This document shows positions 13,533 to 26,415 of a DNA stretch of 64,000 bases, piece by piece (position 1 is the stretch's first letter; the number at the start of each line of letters is the position of its first letter). Source of the stretch: the human T2T-CHM13v2.0 reference genome, Homo sapiens; NCBI RefSeq assembly GCF_009914755.1, contig NC_060939.1; one strand, given 5' to 3'. A model generated the notes under the pieces. That model did not search any database. It was not told the DNA's origin and saw nothing but the letters and a program-made list of their open reading frames with translations. Both the position numbers and the translations under genes were made by a program.

Positions 13533-14606
13533 TAAATGGGAATCCTTCAAGAGTAAGTAAAAGGGTTGTGTCTATTTTCTGTCTGTTCCCTACAGTCTCT
13601 AGTTCTCTGCTGTACACACTACACTGGGGCCATTTCCTTCATTTAAATCAAAGCATATAAGAACAAACATTAACATTGACTGGCAACTAATGATAAACAC
13701 AAAACAGTAACTGGGCACTGAATATGAGGAAAGAGTGAAATGCATTTGGAAGAGAAAAGTGGCTAAGGATTTGTATCCCCAGGATCTGCAGACCTGAGGG
13801 CATGTGGGAAGGCGATGGTGAGGAAATTAAGACAGTTTTTAAGGAAGTAAAAGGGTAAAAAGAGGAGGCAAGAAACTATAAAGACAAAGCAGTGACTAAG
13901 ATTTAGACTGTCCCTTTAATCTATGTTAATGTCTCTGGCATTTAACTCCATTTACAGATCTAGGCAGAGCAGCTCCTTGCCATATGGTGACAATCAGATG
14001 AGTCTGAGATGCCCAGATATCTTTAAGGATCCTGAATTTTAAGGTCATTGTGCAATAGAACAAGGTGTCCTCAAATAAGGAAAACTTAGGTTAAAATTCA
14101 AAAAGCCTTTTTAGGTTTTTGTTTTATTTAGCTTTTCCAAAATATATGTACTGAAACATTGATATTTTTCAGGCCTAAAAAGGGGCCATCCTTGAAGGAG
14201 CTGATATTCTGAGTTTCCTTAGGACCTAACAGGCTGATTCCAGGATTTCTCAGATTTGCAGTGTCCTGCTCAATTACTCAACAACTCCTTGGTTTGCTCC
14301 TGGGAGACTGCTCTGAGCAGAGCAGAGCAGACCATGAGACCATGTTGAGGGCTGGGCAACCAACCCCACACACGGGCACTAGAAATACCACCAGGCAACC
14401 CTGACTTACATTTGTATAGCACTTTGTACTTTACAGAGTACTTTCACATGCATTATCTCATTTGACCATCACAACAACCTTTTGAGGTGGGTAGGGACTG
14501 TATCCACTTTACCGACAATAAAAGCATAAAGACAGGGCTAATCCCCAGCCTGGCCAGCGGGCGTCTAAATGAAGGGACATGTGCCATGCTGGTTAAATAT
14601 TTTGAA

Positions 14607-14915
<309 letters not shown>

Positions 14916-15324
14916 ATAAATATTCTGAATGTCACCCCTGGATAAATCACTAACCCACGGATAATACCATCAAGTGGCAGAGCTGGCATCCTAGACTTGG
15001 CTTTTCTCATCACAAGACCAGAGTTCTTTGCTCAAAGAGCACTGTGATAGGTACTGTGGGATTGCAGATATAATAAGCACCCTGTCCCAAGCCTGAAGAA
15101 GCTACAGGCAATACTACAGTACATGGTACAGTCAGGGCCTAGAGGGAGGTAAACACGGGCAGTTCAGAGGAAGGGGAAAGTCAGATTTGACTGGAAGAAA
15201 TGGCTAAAGCTTCATAAAGATGGTAGCATTTGAGATGGACCTTGAAGGAAGGGTCAGATTCTGATAGACTAAGAGGCAGGTGAGACTTTTCAAGACCTCC
15301 TGATTAGCTTACCAACAAAACTAA

Positions 15325-15534
15325 GGCTGGGCCTGGGGTGGCAGCTTACCCATTAGGTGCCTATAATCCCAGCACTCTGGGAGGCCGAGATGGGAGGATC
15401 ACTTGAACCCAGGAGTTCAAGTCTTCAATAAGCTGATACTGTCACTGCAATCCAGCTTGGGTGACACAGAGGCAAGGCCCTGTCTCAAACAAACAACACA
15501 CTAAACTAAAAAATAACAACAAAAGCAGAACAAA
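15325..15534 (+). mobile_element. Alu monomer (FAM/FRAM-like) with A-rich tail
   Basis: Single degenerate Alu arm ending ccctgtctcaaac... Confidence 0.75.
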
Positions 15535-15632
15535 AACTGGTCTGACTGAAGTGGTGTTTACAACTAATTGATCACAACCAGTTACAGGTTTCTTTGTTTC
15601 TTCTCCACTCTCACTGCTTCATTGACTGGCCT
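15535..15632 (+). pseudogene. Y3 RNA (RNY3-derived) retro-pseudogene
   Basis: ctggtctgactgaagtggtgtttacaactaattgatcacaaccagttacag...ctccactctcactgcttcattgactggcct matches recalled hY3 over its full length with about 10 differences. An A-rich tail follows. Confidence 0.92.
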
Positions 15633-16107
15633 AAACAAAACAACAAACAAAAAACCACCAACGGAACTCAAAATAGATTCCAAGGCCTTACCTAATACCT
15701 ACTCCATCAAGAGATCCAGGGATGGAGCAGAGAATTTGCATTCTTAAAAAGCTCCCAAGGGATCAGATCAAGTTTGATTAGACTGATTTAGACCATTGAG
15801 TTCATCCTTGCCCTGGAGTAGATCTACAAGCTATACTAGATGACCCCATGAAGACCTCTTCCAATTTCAGAAATCGGCAGTGAAGTCTTTCGCCTGTTCT
15901 CAGGGCAACATGCAAGGGAAGTACTTAACACAGCTGATTTGGTGCCTGCCTATATTACAGACTCCTTGATGGGGCTTGGTTAATTCTAATTTCAAAAGCA
16001 TGATCAGAAATCAATCTGGTGTGAGCCAGAGGGTCCCAATAATGGCAATTCATCTGGGCCACAGGGAATTTTCCTTTGTATACTAGCATAAAATGAAGTT
16101 CTTGTCA

Positions 16108-16262
16108 GATATATACATATATATGTGTATATATATATATGTGTATATATATACACATATATGTGTATATATATACACATATATGTGTATATATATACAC
16201 ATATATATGTGTGTATATATATGTGTGTGTATATATATATATACACACATACATATATATAT
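16108..16262. repeat. Complex (TA)n/(CA)/(TG) microsatellite with palindromic units
   Basis: About 155 bp of alternating purine-pyrimidine with repeated tatatacacatatatgtgtatata. Confidence 0.95.
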
Positions 16263-16279
16263 TCCCCAAGTATTTTTCT

Positions 16280-17680
16280 TCCATTCATTTCTTTAATGGT
16301 ATCTTTTGATGAGAAGTTTTTGATTTTTATAAAGTCCAATTTGCTAAATATATTATTTATGGTTAGTCCTTTGTGTCCTGTCTAAAAAATACTCTAAGTT
16401 TGCAAAAACATTGTCCTAAATTTCCTTCTAGAAGACTTATCGTTTTAACTTTACATTCAGGTTAACATTATTTACAGTTACATCATTTGATTCATCTCAT
16501 TTTTTGTGTATGGTGTGAGACACAGGTCACAGTTCATTTTTTTTCATGACTGTCATTTGTTCCATCACCATTTGTTGAGAGGATACTCCTTTCTTCGTTA
16601 ACCTGCCCTGGTGCCTTTGCTGAGGATCAACTGACCGTATATGTAGATTTCTTCCAGAACGTGCTATTCTGTACCACTGATATATTTGTCTATCCTTATA
16701 TGTATATCACATGGACTTGATTACTATAGCTTTATATTAAGTCTTGAAAACAGGTAGTGTAAATTTTCCACTTCATTCTTTTTCAAGATTCTGGTTATTC
16801 CAGGTCCTTTCATGTCCATTTAAACTCTGGTTACATCATCTGAAACTCTAGTCTTTTTTTTTTTTTTTTTTTTCAGCATTTTCTCTCTGAGATATTGACC
16901 TGTCATTGACTTTACTGACCTTTCTTTTTTTCTTTTTTTCTTTTTTTTTTTTTGCATCCACTATAGTATTAAGCCCATCCAGTTAATTTTTCTTTTTGGT
17001 ATATTTTATTTTTCAGTTCTAGAATTCCATTTGGTTCCTTTAATTGTTGCAATTTATCTGCTAAGGTCATCTTACTTTACTTACATCTATTCATCTTACT
17101 TTAAATCCTCCAACATATTTATTTATAATAGCTGCTTTAAATTCTCTATCTACTAATTCCAACATTTGTGTCATCTCTGAGTTCATTTCTATTGATCTTT
17201 TTTGTTCTGGTTATGAGTCACATTTTCCTGCTTCTTTTTCTGTCTTATAATTTTTATTACATGCTGGGCATTGTAAGTGCAATATTGATAATTTGAATTA
17301 TTAATATGTTCCTTTATGGTGGTATTTAATTCATGGGACCTTAAATTAATCCTGTTGAAGCTCAGATTTAGGCTTCATTAGGGTGAGTCAAGATTAGCTC
17401 ATATTCTAGGGCTAAAGTAGCCCAACTCCTACATTGTAGTCTTTTTCTCATCCCACCTGAATGCCCAAAGTGTTATGTCTCTCCATTTTGGCTGGTTGGA
17501 ACTGCGTTATTTCCCAGACCATGAGACCTCCTTTAACTCAAAGACCCCCAGGAACTATTAGGGGTCGTAGAGTCTCATCATATCCATGCACAGTTTAGTC
17601 TTTGGAAATACCTTCTCTCTTGTATGCCACTCCACAAATGCCAGCCATCCCAGAATCCCTGAACACAAACTGTTCTCTCT
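16280..17680 (-). mobile_element. Old L1M fragments
   Basis: T-rich degenerate L1 ORF2-like sequence (ORF track [16 protein letters not shown]). Confidence 0.7.
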
Positions 17681-17681
17681 G

Positions 17682-18034
17682 TGCTGTGGTTTGAATGTCC
17701 CTCCAAAATTTGTTGAAATTTAATATTGTCATTGTAACAGTATTAGGAGGTGAGGCCTTTAAGAGGTGACTGGGTCACGAGGGGTTCACCCTCATGAATG
17801 GATTAACTCCATATCTTGGGAAAGGGTTAGTTATCTTGGGAGTTTGGCCCCCTTCTTCTCTGTCTTGCAAGCACTCTCTCTGTCTGTGTGATGCCTTCTG
17901 CCATGTTATGACATAACAAGATGTGGTCCCTTCATTTTGCACTTCCCAGCCTCCAGAATCATAAGCCAAATAAATCTCTTTATAAATTACCCAGTCTGGT
18001 ATTCTGTTGCAGCAGCAGAAAACGAACTAAGATA
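17682..18034 (+). mobile_element. MaLR solo LTR (MSTC/MSTD-like)
   Basis: tgctgtggtttgaatgtccc...gaactaagata, TSD ctctg/ctccg. Confidence 0.82.
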
Positions 18035-19495
18035 CTCCGCAAGGCAAGATGCTGCTCACTGGGCTCCAGTTTCCTGTACCATGATTTGTAAAGTGCTCTC
18101 AGGCAGAAAGCCAAGAGGAGTTTTGAGTTAACCTCACATCTTTTTATTTTATCCACAATCACATGTCTGTCTTGTTTTCTGAGACCCAAAAATAGTTGCT
18201 TCAGATATTTTGTCCAGTTTTATAGCTGTTGGTAGCAGGAAAATAATTCTAATATCCAGTATTCCACTATGGTCAGATATGAAAGTTCTCCTTTTGATGT
18301 TTAATTTTTTTATGGGAAGTCCCAGTTCTTTGGTAGATTTAAATTTGTTTACCCTTTATATGTCCCACTGGAGGTAAATAACTCATACTAGCTCTTCTAT
18401 GGTTATTACTATTGAGACATACATGTTTACATTATTAAGAAAACAAAGGGGAAAACCCACTTATTTGTCTTCTTTTCAGGTTCTGCCATCTTATATCCTC
18501 ACAGATGTTATTTCTGTATAATTTCTTAACTATTTATCTCCTCTGCACTCTCTCTAGCCTTTCCATTCCCATCTTAAAATCCAGAAACTAAACTTGAATC
18601 TAATAGCATGCTGCACTCTAGTGTTTGGTCAGATCTTGGTTATGACAGATACTGCTTCATATGCCCAGCACAATAGCCTTCCTTTAGGAAACGCTCCTTC
18701 CCCAGATTCCGTCATGTGGTTTTAGAGAGAAATGCTGGATTATTAAATGACTCCAACCCTGTGGCCACAGTCAATTCATTCAAGCAGTAGCCACCTGGCC
18801 AAATCTGAACCAAAGTTCTTCCCTGACAGTTTTTTTTTTTTCACTGAACTTGAGGGAAAAAAATATTAAATTTCTAATGGTAAGAGATGCATGATTTACA
18901 GCTGTTAGTGCCATGTAGAAAACAAATCTTCAGTGAAAGAAAATGATGAGCTGACAAGCAGAGAGAAGCAAGTCAGACAGAGAAGAGACACATACATACA
19001 CAGAACATATGCAATAGTCTCCTAAAAGTATTATAGTACCTAATTTCAGGCACTCCTAAGGCCTGCAGGCATCCTGTACTCTTCCTGTGTTTTAGATATA
19101 TGAAATACTCCATATTATTTCTAATAAATTCCCAAAGATAGTTCTGGTTGGATTTCCATCATTGTCCTAATATTTTGAAAAATGAGAGACTTTTCAGGTC
19201 TTCCTTACTAAACACTGCATTAATACAGCTCAAATTCATGGGAAAATTTAAATTATAACACTCTCTTCTAGTCTCATAGCTGTTCGTGTCTATTATGACA
19301 CCATCCTGGTAATTTTTTTGGCATAGCCATTATAACCATCTTGTATCTCCATGATGTGATTTTGGATCCTCTGGCAAGCTGCATTATTAACCTGAAAAAG
19401 CCATACACTAACACTTAACAAGTCTATACTAATAATGATTGCTACTGTTTTTGAGTATGTACTGCAGATTGGAATTTTAATAACATTTTACATAA

Positions 19496-19820
<325 letters not shown>

Positions 19821-20499
19821 ATAAATTCTAACTTTCTGGTAAGATGCTTACTTCACGACAATCCAGGGGAAGTATCTACTAACTTTCAGGTTGATAGAAA
19901 CTGAGTCTCCGAAACATTAAGACACCGGCTAAGGGAATAAAGTTACTATGTGTCAGCATTAGGACTGGACCTCAGGATAGAATGGAGGCATTACTCCCTT
20001 AACATGGAAAGGCTATTTCTGTTGAGGCAATCTCTAATTATTTTAACTTTTGGAAAGTTAATATTCTGGGGAAGACACACGACACTACTGACTCATGTTG
20101 AATTTACAATCTACTAAAATCTCTTGGTACTGGTCATAAGAACTACAATTAATACAGCTTCCCCCCATCCAGAACATATAGGAAGCACTATTTTTAAACT
20201 TAAGTGCGAGACTTTACGTTTTATTGAAGTCCTGTTTGTCTAAGTTCTTTGTGCTATGTTATTCACATCCTGAATTCTGCTAATTATGCTATTTCCCACA
20301 GTGTGTCTAACCAAAAACACAGATTGTGTTTAAATCTGATGAAAATGTCCACAGCCACTCATAAATGGTTCACCTGCAGAAGGACATCCTTCAATACTCA
20401 TATCTACATGTATACACTTTGAGTACGACTATAAACTAGCTTTGAAACTGTTTATGTGGATTTTCATGTAGCCTATATTTGCCCATCTAACATTTACTT

Positions 20500-20918
20500 T
20501 TTGACTTCGTAGCAGAGCCTGTAAGTTCCCACACACATACTCTCAGACCTTCCCATTGTAATGCATGCCAACTCAACTTCCACCAGCCTGAGAGGTTTCT
20601 GGAAGCCCTTCACACCCCCACCTGTGTGCAGGGCAGGCCAAATGTGCTGCAAACTTAACACCCTCTAAAAGCAGCCCTCAACCAATGACCGATGGGACTT
20701 GGTACATCAATGCTCCAGTTCCTTTCCCTCAGATAAGATAGGTCTGAAAAGAGCCTTCCACTCTGACTCCCAGAGTTGTAACTTGGCAATGCACCCTCCA
20801 AGAGCTGCCTTCCCTACTCCCCTACCAGTTTTTCCTAGGACCACCTTCCAAAGTAAACTATTTGTACTTAAAAATCCTTGTCTCAGGATCTGCTCCTGGG
20901 AAAACTCAAACTAAGACA
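20500..20918 (+). mobile_element. ERVL LTR (LTR16A-like)
   Basis: gcagccctcaaccaatgac... and 3' end tgtctcaggatctgctcctgggaaaactcaaactaagaca. Confidence 0.65.
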
Positions 20919-21137
20919 ATCTTGTTAAATTTCCACCCAAAGTAAAACCACCTTTAAAATTTTTTACCATTATTCTCCATTTTAAAAACGGGCAAACAAG
21001 CCCCACATGTGGTAAATGGCAGACTCAGTGACTCAGCTTCAGATTCCAAAGACTGCCATGTGACGTGGCCTCCATAATCTTTTCACCGCTTGCTGAAATC
21101 AGCTGTGGCACAGTCATGACATTTCCCTGCTCAAAAC

Positions 21138-21173
21138 TGTGTGTGTGTGCGCGCGCGCGTGTGTGTGTGTGTG
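21138..21173. repeat. (TG)n(CG)n(TG)n microsatellite
   Basis: tgtgtgtgtgtgcgcgcgcgcgtgtgtgtgtgtgtg. Confidence 0.95.
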
Positions 21174-21572
21174 AGATGGGGTGTGGAGGAGAGTATTACA
21201 TTCTCTTACTTACTCAACTCCAACTCCCGCCTCTGACAGTAGCATTAAAGATTACAAGTTTCCAGGTTTTTTTTTTTTTTTTGGTCTTTTTGGATACCCA
21301 GGAATTGAGCATCTCAGTGCTGATTGGGGAATGCGCTGTGACACGAGATGTCAAGTACATGACACGGGTGAATTATTTTCATGATGTGTAACCAAAGTAA
21401 CCATTTTCATTCTTTATTTTCCTCTCCCTTCTTTAAAACAGACACAGCCACTCTATTTTGCCACCTAAGAAAATTTAGAGAAATTTCCTAAAATCCGTTT
21501 GAATTTTTGTAATCCTAAATCATCTATTTGTCCTAGGTTTGAGGACACTTTTAATTTTAATATATTGTTAGA

Positions 21573-21872
21573 GGTCGGGTGCAGTGGCTCATGCCTGTAA
21601 TCCCAATACTTTGGAAGGCTGAGGTGAGCAGATCACTTGAGCCCAGGAGTTTGGGGCCAGCCTGAGCAACACAGTGAGACCCTGTCTCTACAAAAAAATA
21701 CGCATACACACACAAATTAGCCAGACATGGTGGCACATGCTTATAGTCCCAGCTACTCAGAAGGCTGAGGTGAAAGGATCACTTGAGCTGGGAAGGCAGA
21801 GACTGCAGTGAGCCAAGATGGCATCACTGTGTTCCATCCTGTGTGACACAGCAAGACCCTGTCTCAAAAAAA
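21573..21872 (+). mobile_element. AluJ
   Basis: Full dimer with J-type positions. Confidence 0.88.
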
Positions 21873-23245
21873 GATTATGGAAAATTATAAGCATGTATAC
21901 CATAGTGAGCAAAACAACGTAAGGGACCTCCATGCACTCAGCCAGCTGCAACAATGATCAGCATACAGCAGATGTGGATCCATCTATACTCCTATGAGTG
22001 TGTATGTGTACACACACATAATTTTTAGAAAAAAGGTTCACATACTATGACTGTTTGAAATGTCTTTTAAGTCTCTTTTAATCCAGAGGGTCCTCCTCCA
22101 ACATTTCTCCTTGCAATTTTGAGGGTGCACTTTCTCAGTTAAATGAAGCTTAGTCCATCTCAGGTAGACACTGGTAGTTACTGACAAGGTAATGAGACTC
22201 TTAGGCACTGGGACAGAGAGGGTGGGGGGACCACAGACACAATAAATGTAGGGAGCTTTTCCTTTAGGGATTAAAGCAAGCCAAACAGTCAGGTGGACCC
22301 CAGCATCCATTCCCGAGAGCAAGTGCTCATCCTTGGCAATAAACGAAGACTGAGTCCAGGGCCAGAGGCGAGGGTCCTATGGCTCCCATCTGGGAAGCAG
22401 CCCCTCAGAAATGGCAGTAATTCACAGTCTGGACTGAACTCCCCAGGACTGGAGGTAAATGGTGAACCCACCAAGGTAGGTTTGGATGAAGTAAATATGG
22501 AATCCAATTGTGGTGCTCATGAACTGGGAAGGAGGAAGGGCAGAGAGTGTGAAAAATCCCCTATGCATTTGGCATTTAATAAGTGAATCCAAAATTAACC
22601 AGTGATTAATTGCTCATCAGATTTAAGGATGTTCCATAGTCTATAACTACATTCCAGCAAGATAGACTCATAGATGATTAACAGGGACATTTCTTGGCTT
22701 CCTGAATATTGTGGGTTCCCCCTTAAAATGAGGCTGTTCACAAGATTACAAAACCAAGTCCTATACCATGATTCAGATAGATCAGTGAAGAGGAGACAGA
22801 CATAGCTCCATTTGCTCCTCCAACTAGAAATCCTCACTTTCTGGCAAAGATATACCTTTGATAAGTTCTTGGATGGCTTCATCCCAAACTGCCTTACTTT
22901 TCTGGTGACTGCATTCTTTGTTACAAAACCGGCAATCCCTGCTTCCCTCTTCCCCTCTGCTTCCCTCTTCCCCCTCTAGTCTCTACTCCCTTTGTCCATT
23001 TCAATGAATCACTGGTGTCCTTCTAAGTACATCTCCATCCTAGGAAGCATCTTCTGCTTGAAGGCTCTAGTGAGAACCTCAGCAATCTCTCCAGGGCCCT
23101 TGACTACTCTTTGGGGAAAAAAAAACAAGTAGTTAACATGGCTTCCTTCACACCACTGCCCACCATCTCTTCTGTGCTGCTGAAGAATCACAGATGTACC
23201 AAATCTTTGTGCTTCTGCTACGTATCTCACCCAGTTGCTAACTTA

Positions 23246-23570
<325 letters not shown>

Positions 23571-25692
23571 GTTAATACAGACAAAAGATCTTTTCTTGTT
23601 TCTGAAAGTAAAGTTTCTCTTCAGCAAACCCCATCTCACTTTCACTGTAATACAAAATAAAAAAAAGTTCACATCAAGAATTTTTAATGGAAGTTTTGTG
23701 TTTCCTTCATTTATTACAACTGTAATCAGCCATAGTTACTGCAATTAGCATGTAGCATTGAAAAGAACTGAGTACTCTTCTTTTCTTGTAATGTCTTTAA
23801 TTCCTCATTACCATCATTTCAGTTGCCAAGCAACCTTCACTTTTATGTCCTATATTTGAAGGGACTAAGCAGAATTATTTTTAAAAAATCAATTTTAAAA
23901 TAGAAGAGCAACCTTGTGTGCTAGCATACCTCTTTATAAATAATAATATTGATTTCAAGATCAAAATTGTTTAAGATATAAATTATGGGAAGCAAAAAGT
24001 TATAGTGAGTTTATCACCAAAAAGTTACTGTGATTATAATACATGTAAATATCCATAGAAGAGAATCAAGAAAGGCACACCCATGAAAGTTGATAGTGCT
24101 TATCTTGCTCTTGATGGTAAAATGAGTGACGGTAATTTTTTTCTTTTTGCCAGTCTGTATTTTCTACGTTCTCTATGGTGAACATGAATAATTTTAAAAG
24201 TTATTAACATTTATAAAGTAAGTATAAATGCTGAGGGACAGTTAGATCTTTGCAAATACAAGAACTTATAAAATAGTGGGAACTAAATGAGACTACATAT
24301 GTAAAATATTAACATAAACACTGTGTTATTCATAGTAAATGCTCAAAAGTTAGCTATTACTAAAATAATATTTTAAAAGTCTATGCTAGTGGTTGATCTT
24401 ATGTATATCTTACCACAAAGTCTATGTAAGAACAAGAAACAGTCTAAATTAATAATTTTTAAAGACTGAGTTAAAAATTTGTTGGGTTTCTAAGACTCCA
24501 TCCTAAGAATATTGACTCTTCAAATATATCCAAAAGCACATTCTTAAAATATGCAAATTCCTGAAGGACTTTCTTCAAGTTTAATATCGTGATGGAGATA
24601 CCCCATTACACCTTCTTCCAGACACTTTAAGTCTCAGAAATCATTTTAATGGTATCACAGCGAGAAACGGAGGCTCTGAGTTACAAAGCGACCAGTCCAA
24701 GCGCTGTGGTTTTAAGGAAATGACAATCTCAGAAACAAAACTGAAGGCTTCTTTTTTGCCAGCAATAACTTATTGACAAGCTTGTATTGATCATCCACGA
24801 CAATGTATGATATGGAATTATACACTGGGTTAAGTAAAACTGATTAAAATGACAATGGACTATTAATTAAATCTTTGGAATAGGGATTTTTTTAAGGTTT
24901 AGAATTTTAAAAAGCTAAATAGAAATGGGCAAATTTAAACACAAAAATCCGAAGTTTCTATACATGACAATATCAAAACCAACATAAAAATGAAAATGAG
25001 AACAGGAAAAAAAATGCCTATAGTAAATGATATTCAAAGAGTTAACAGCTTTTTATATAAAAAGCTTTTGCACGCCTCTAATAATAAAAGCATTGAGCAG
25101 CAAGTGATAAATAGGCAAAGGATATGAACAGACCGTTCATAAAACTGGAAATACAGTAGGCAAACAAACTTATGAAAACATACTCAACAAAAGCTTGGTT
25201 ATAGACACCAGTAGTGCCTGTTACCATGCAGTGGGTAATGAAGGCAAATGATTAAGCAGATGGAATCAGAAATCAAAATAGAGATAGCATATAATACATG
25301 AAGAACAAAAGTTCACAAAATTGAGGGTTGGTCAGAAACGAGGCTGGTTAATCTTAAGAGATATTTTAGAGGTGAATTAAAACAATACAAACACGAAATA
25401 ACTTTGACTTCAGAATGAGAATCTCTCATGCTGTTTTCATGTTCCATTGTCACTTCTTTAAGAAAACTTCTCAACCACACTGATACATGATTTCCTTATC
25501 TCTAAGGTCCATTGTTCCTTTCCTTTGAAGAACACACAGAGAGGTTGTTTTATAAGATACATAGATGAAAGCAAAATAATAGCAGAATTATTACTTTCTC
25601 TTAATTAAGAGATAAAAAATAGAAGTCTCAGCTTTTAGGGTCCCTTCCCACCTCAACATTTTGTTATGTAAGCACCCTCTGTATCTGGGAAA

Positions 25693-26123
25693 CAGTGGTG
25701 TGCTGGTAAATGTTTAACAATGGGCTCTCCAGGGGAGGGATTGAAAAGGAAGCCCTGATTAGTGATGTTTGTTGATTTCCACGGTGTAAATACTCCCAAC
25801 AGACTACTAACAAGCTACTAACATGACTTCACTGAACACGGAGCTGGGAAAAGATGCATGCTAGCATACCATTATATAGCGTTTGTACCAGGTAGACATA
25901 ACAGACATAACCTCAAAAGCAAAGATAATAGTAAAATGTAGTCATGAATTAGGAAGTGGTGAGTTTTGAGTATTTCTTATCTTTGTTTTTAATATAATTT
26001 AATTGTAAGCATATATAACTTAATTTTCAATCATGGCTGTGTTTAATAACTAGCTTGCAAAATTCCTGAAAATTTAACAATCTGCTCTTGTGAGCTGGTA
26101 TGAGCCAGCCCAGCACACCACTG
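25693..26123 (-). mobile_element. hAT DNA transposon (MER63B-like); related shorter copy at ~7075-7290
   Basis: Perfect 14-bp TIR cagtggtgtgctgg / ccagcacaccactg, degenerate 8-bp TSD ctgggaaa/ctaggaga. Confidence 0.8.
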
Positions 26124-26264
26124 CTAGGAGATAATGAAATAATTTTTGTTTCACAGTTGCATCTATGAAGAAAGAAATTAAGACATAAATCCACATCGTT
26201 CTATGTGTCTTCAATATATGGCAAATTATTTTTGCCCTCTGGTCTTGTGGCTCTTACACAGACC

Positions 26265-26415
26265 TCTGACTACATAGTTGGTGGGACTCAGTGCAATTAA
26301 AAATGATGGTCCCTTATTCAAAAATTATTAAAAATTTCAAGACTGTGACAGCATTAAACCAAGCATGGGAACCTGTGGGCCTTCAGAGGTGGCATGCCCA
26401 GGAAGCTGGCTCTGC
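26265..26415 (-). mobile_element. hAT MITE (MER45A-like)
   Basis: ttcaaaaattattaaaaatttcaagac...gcattaaaccaagc motif. Confidence 0.55.

Noticed and set aside
16004-16385. Tyr/Ile-rich ORFs
   Set aside because: Translations of the TA microsatellite.
22939-22977. 18-bp pyrimidine tandem repeat
   Set aside because: Ordinary slippage duplication, too short to suggest function.
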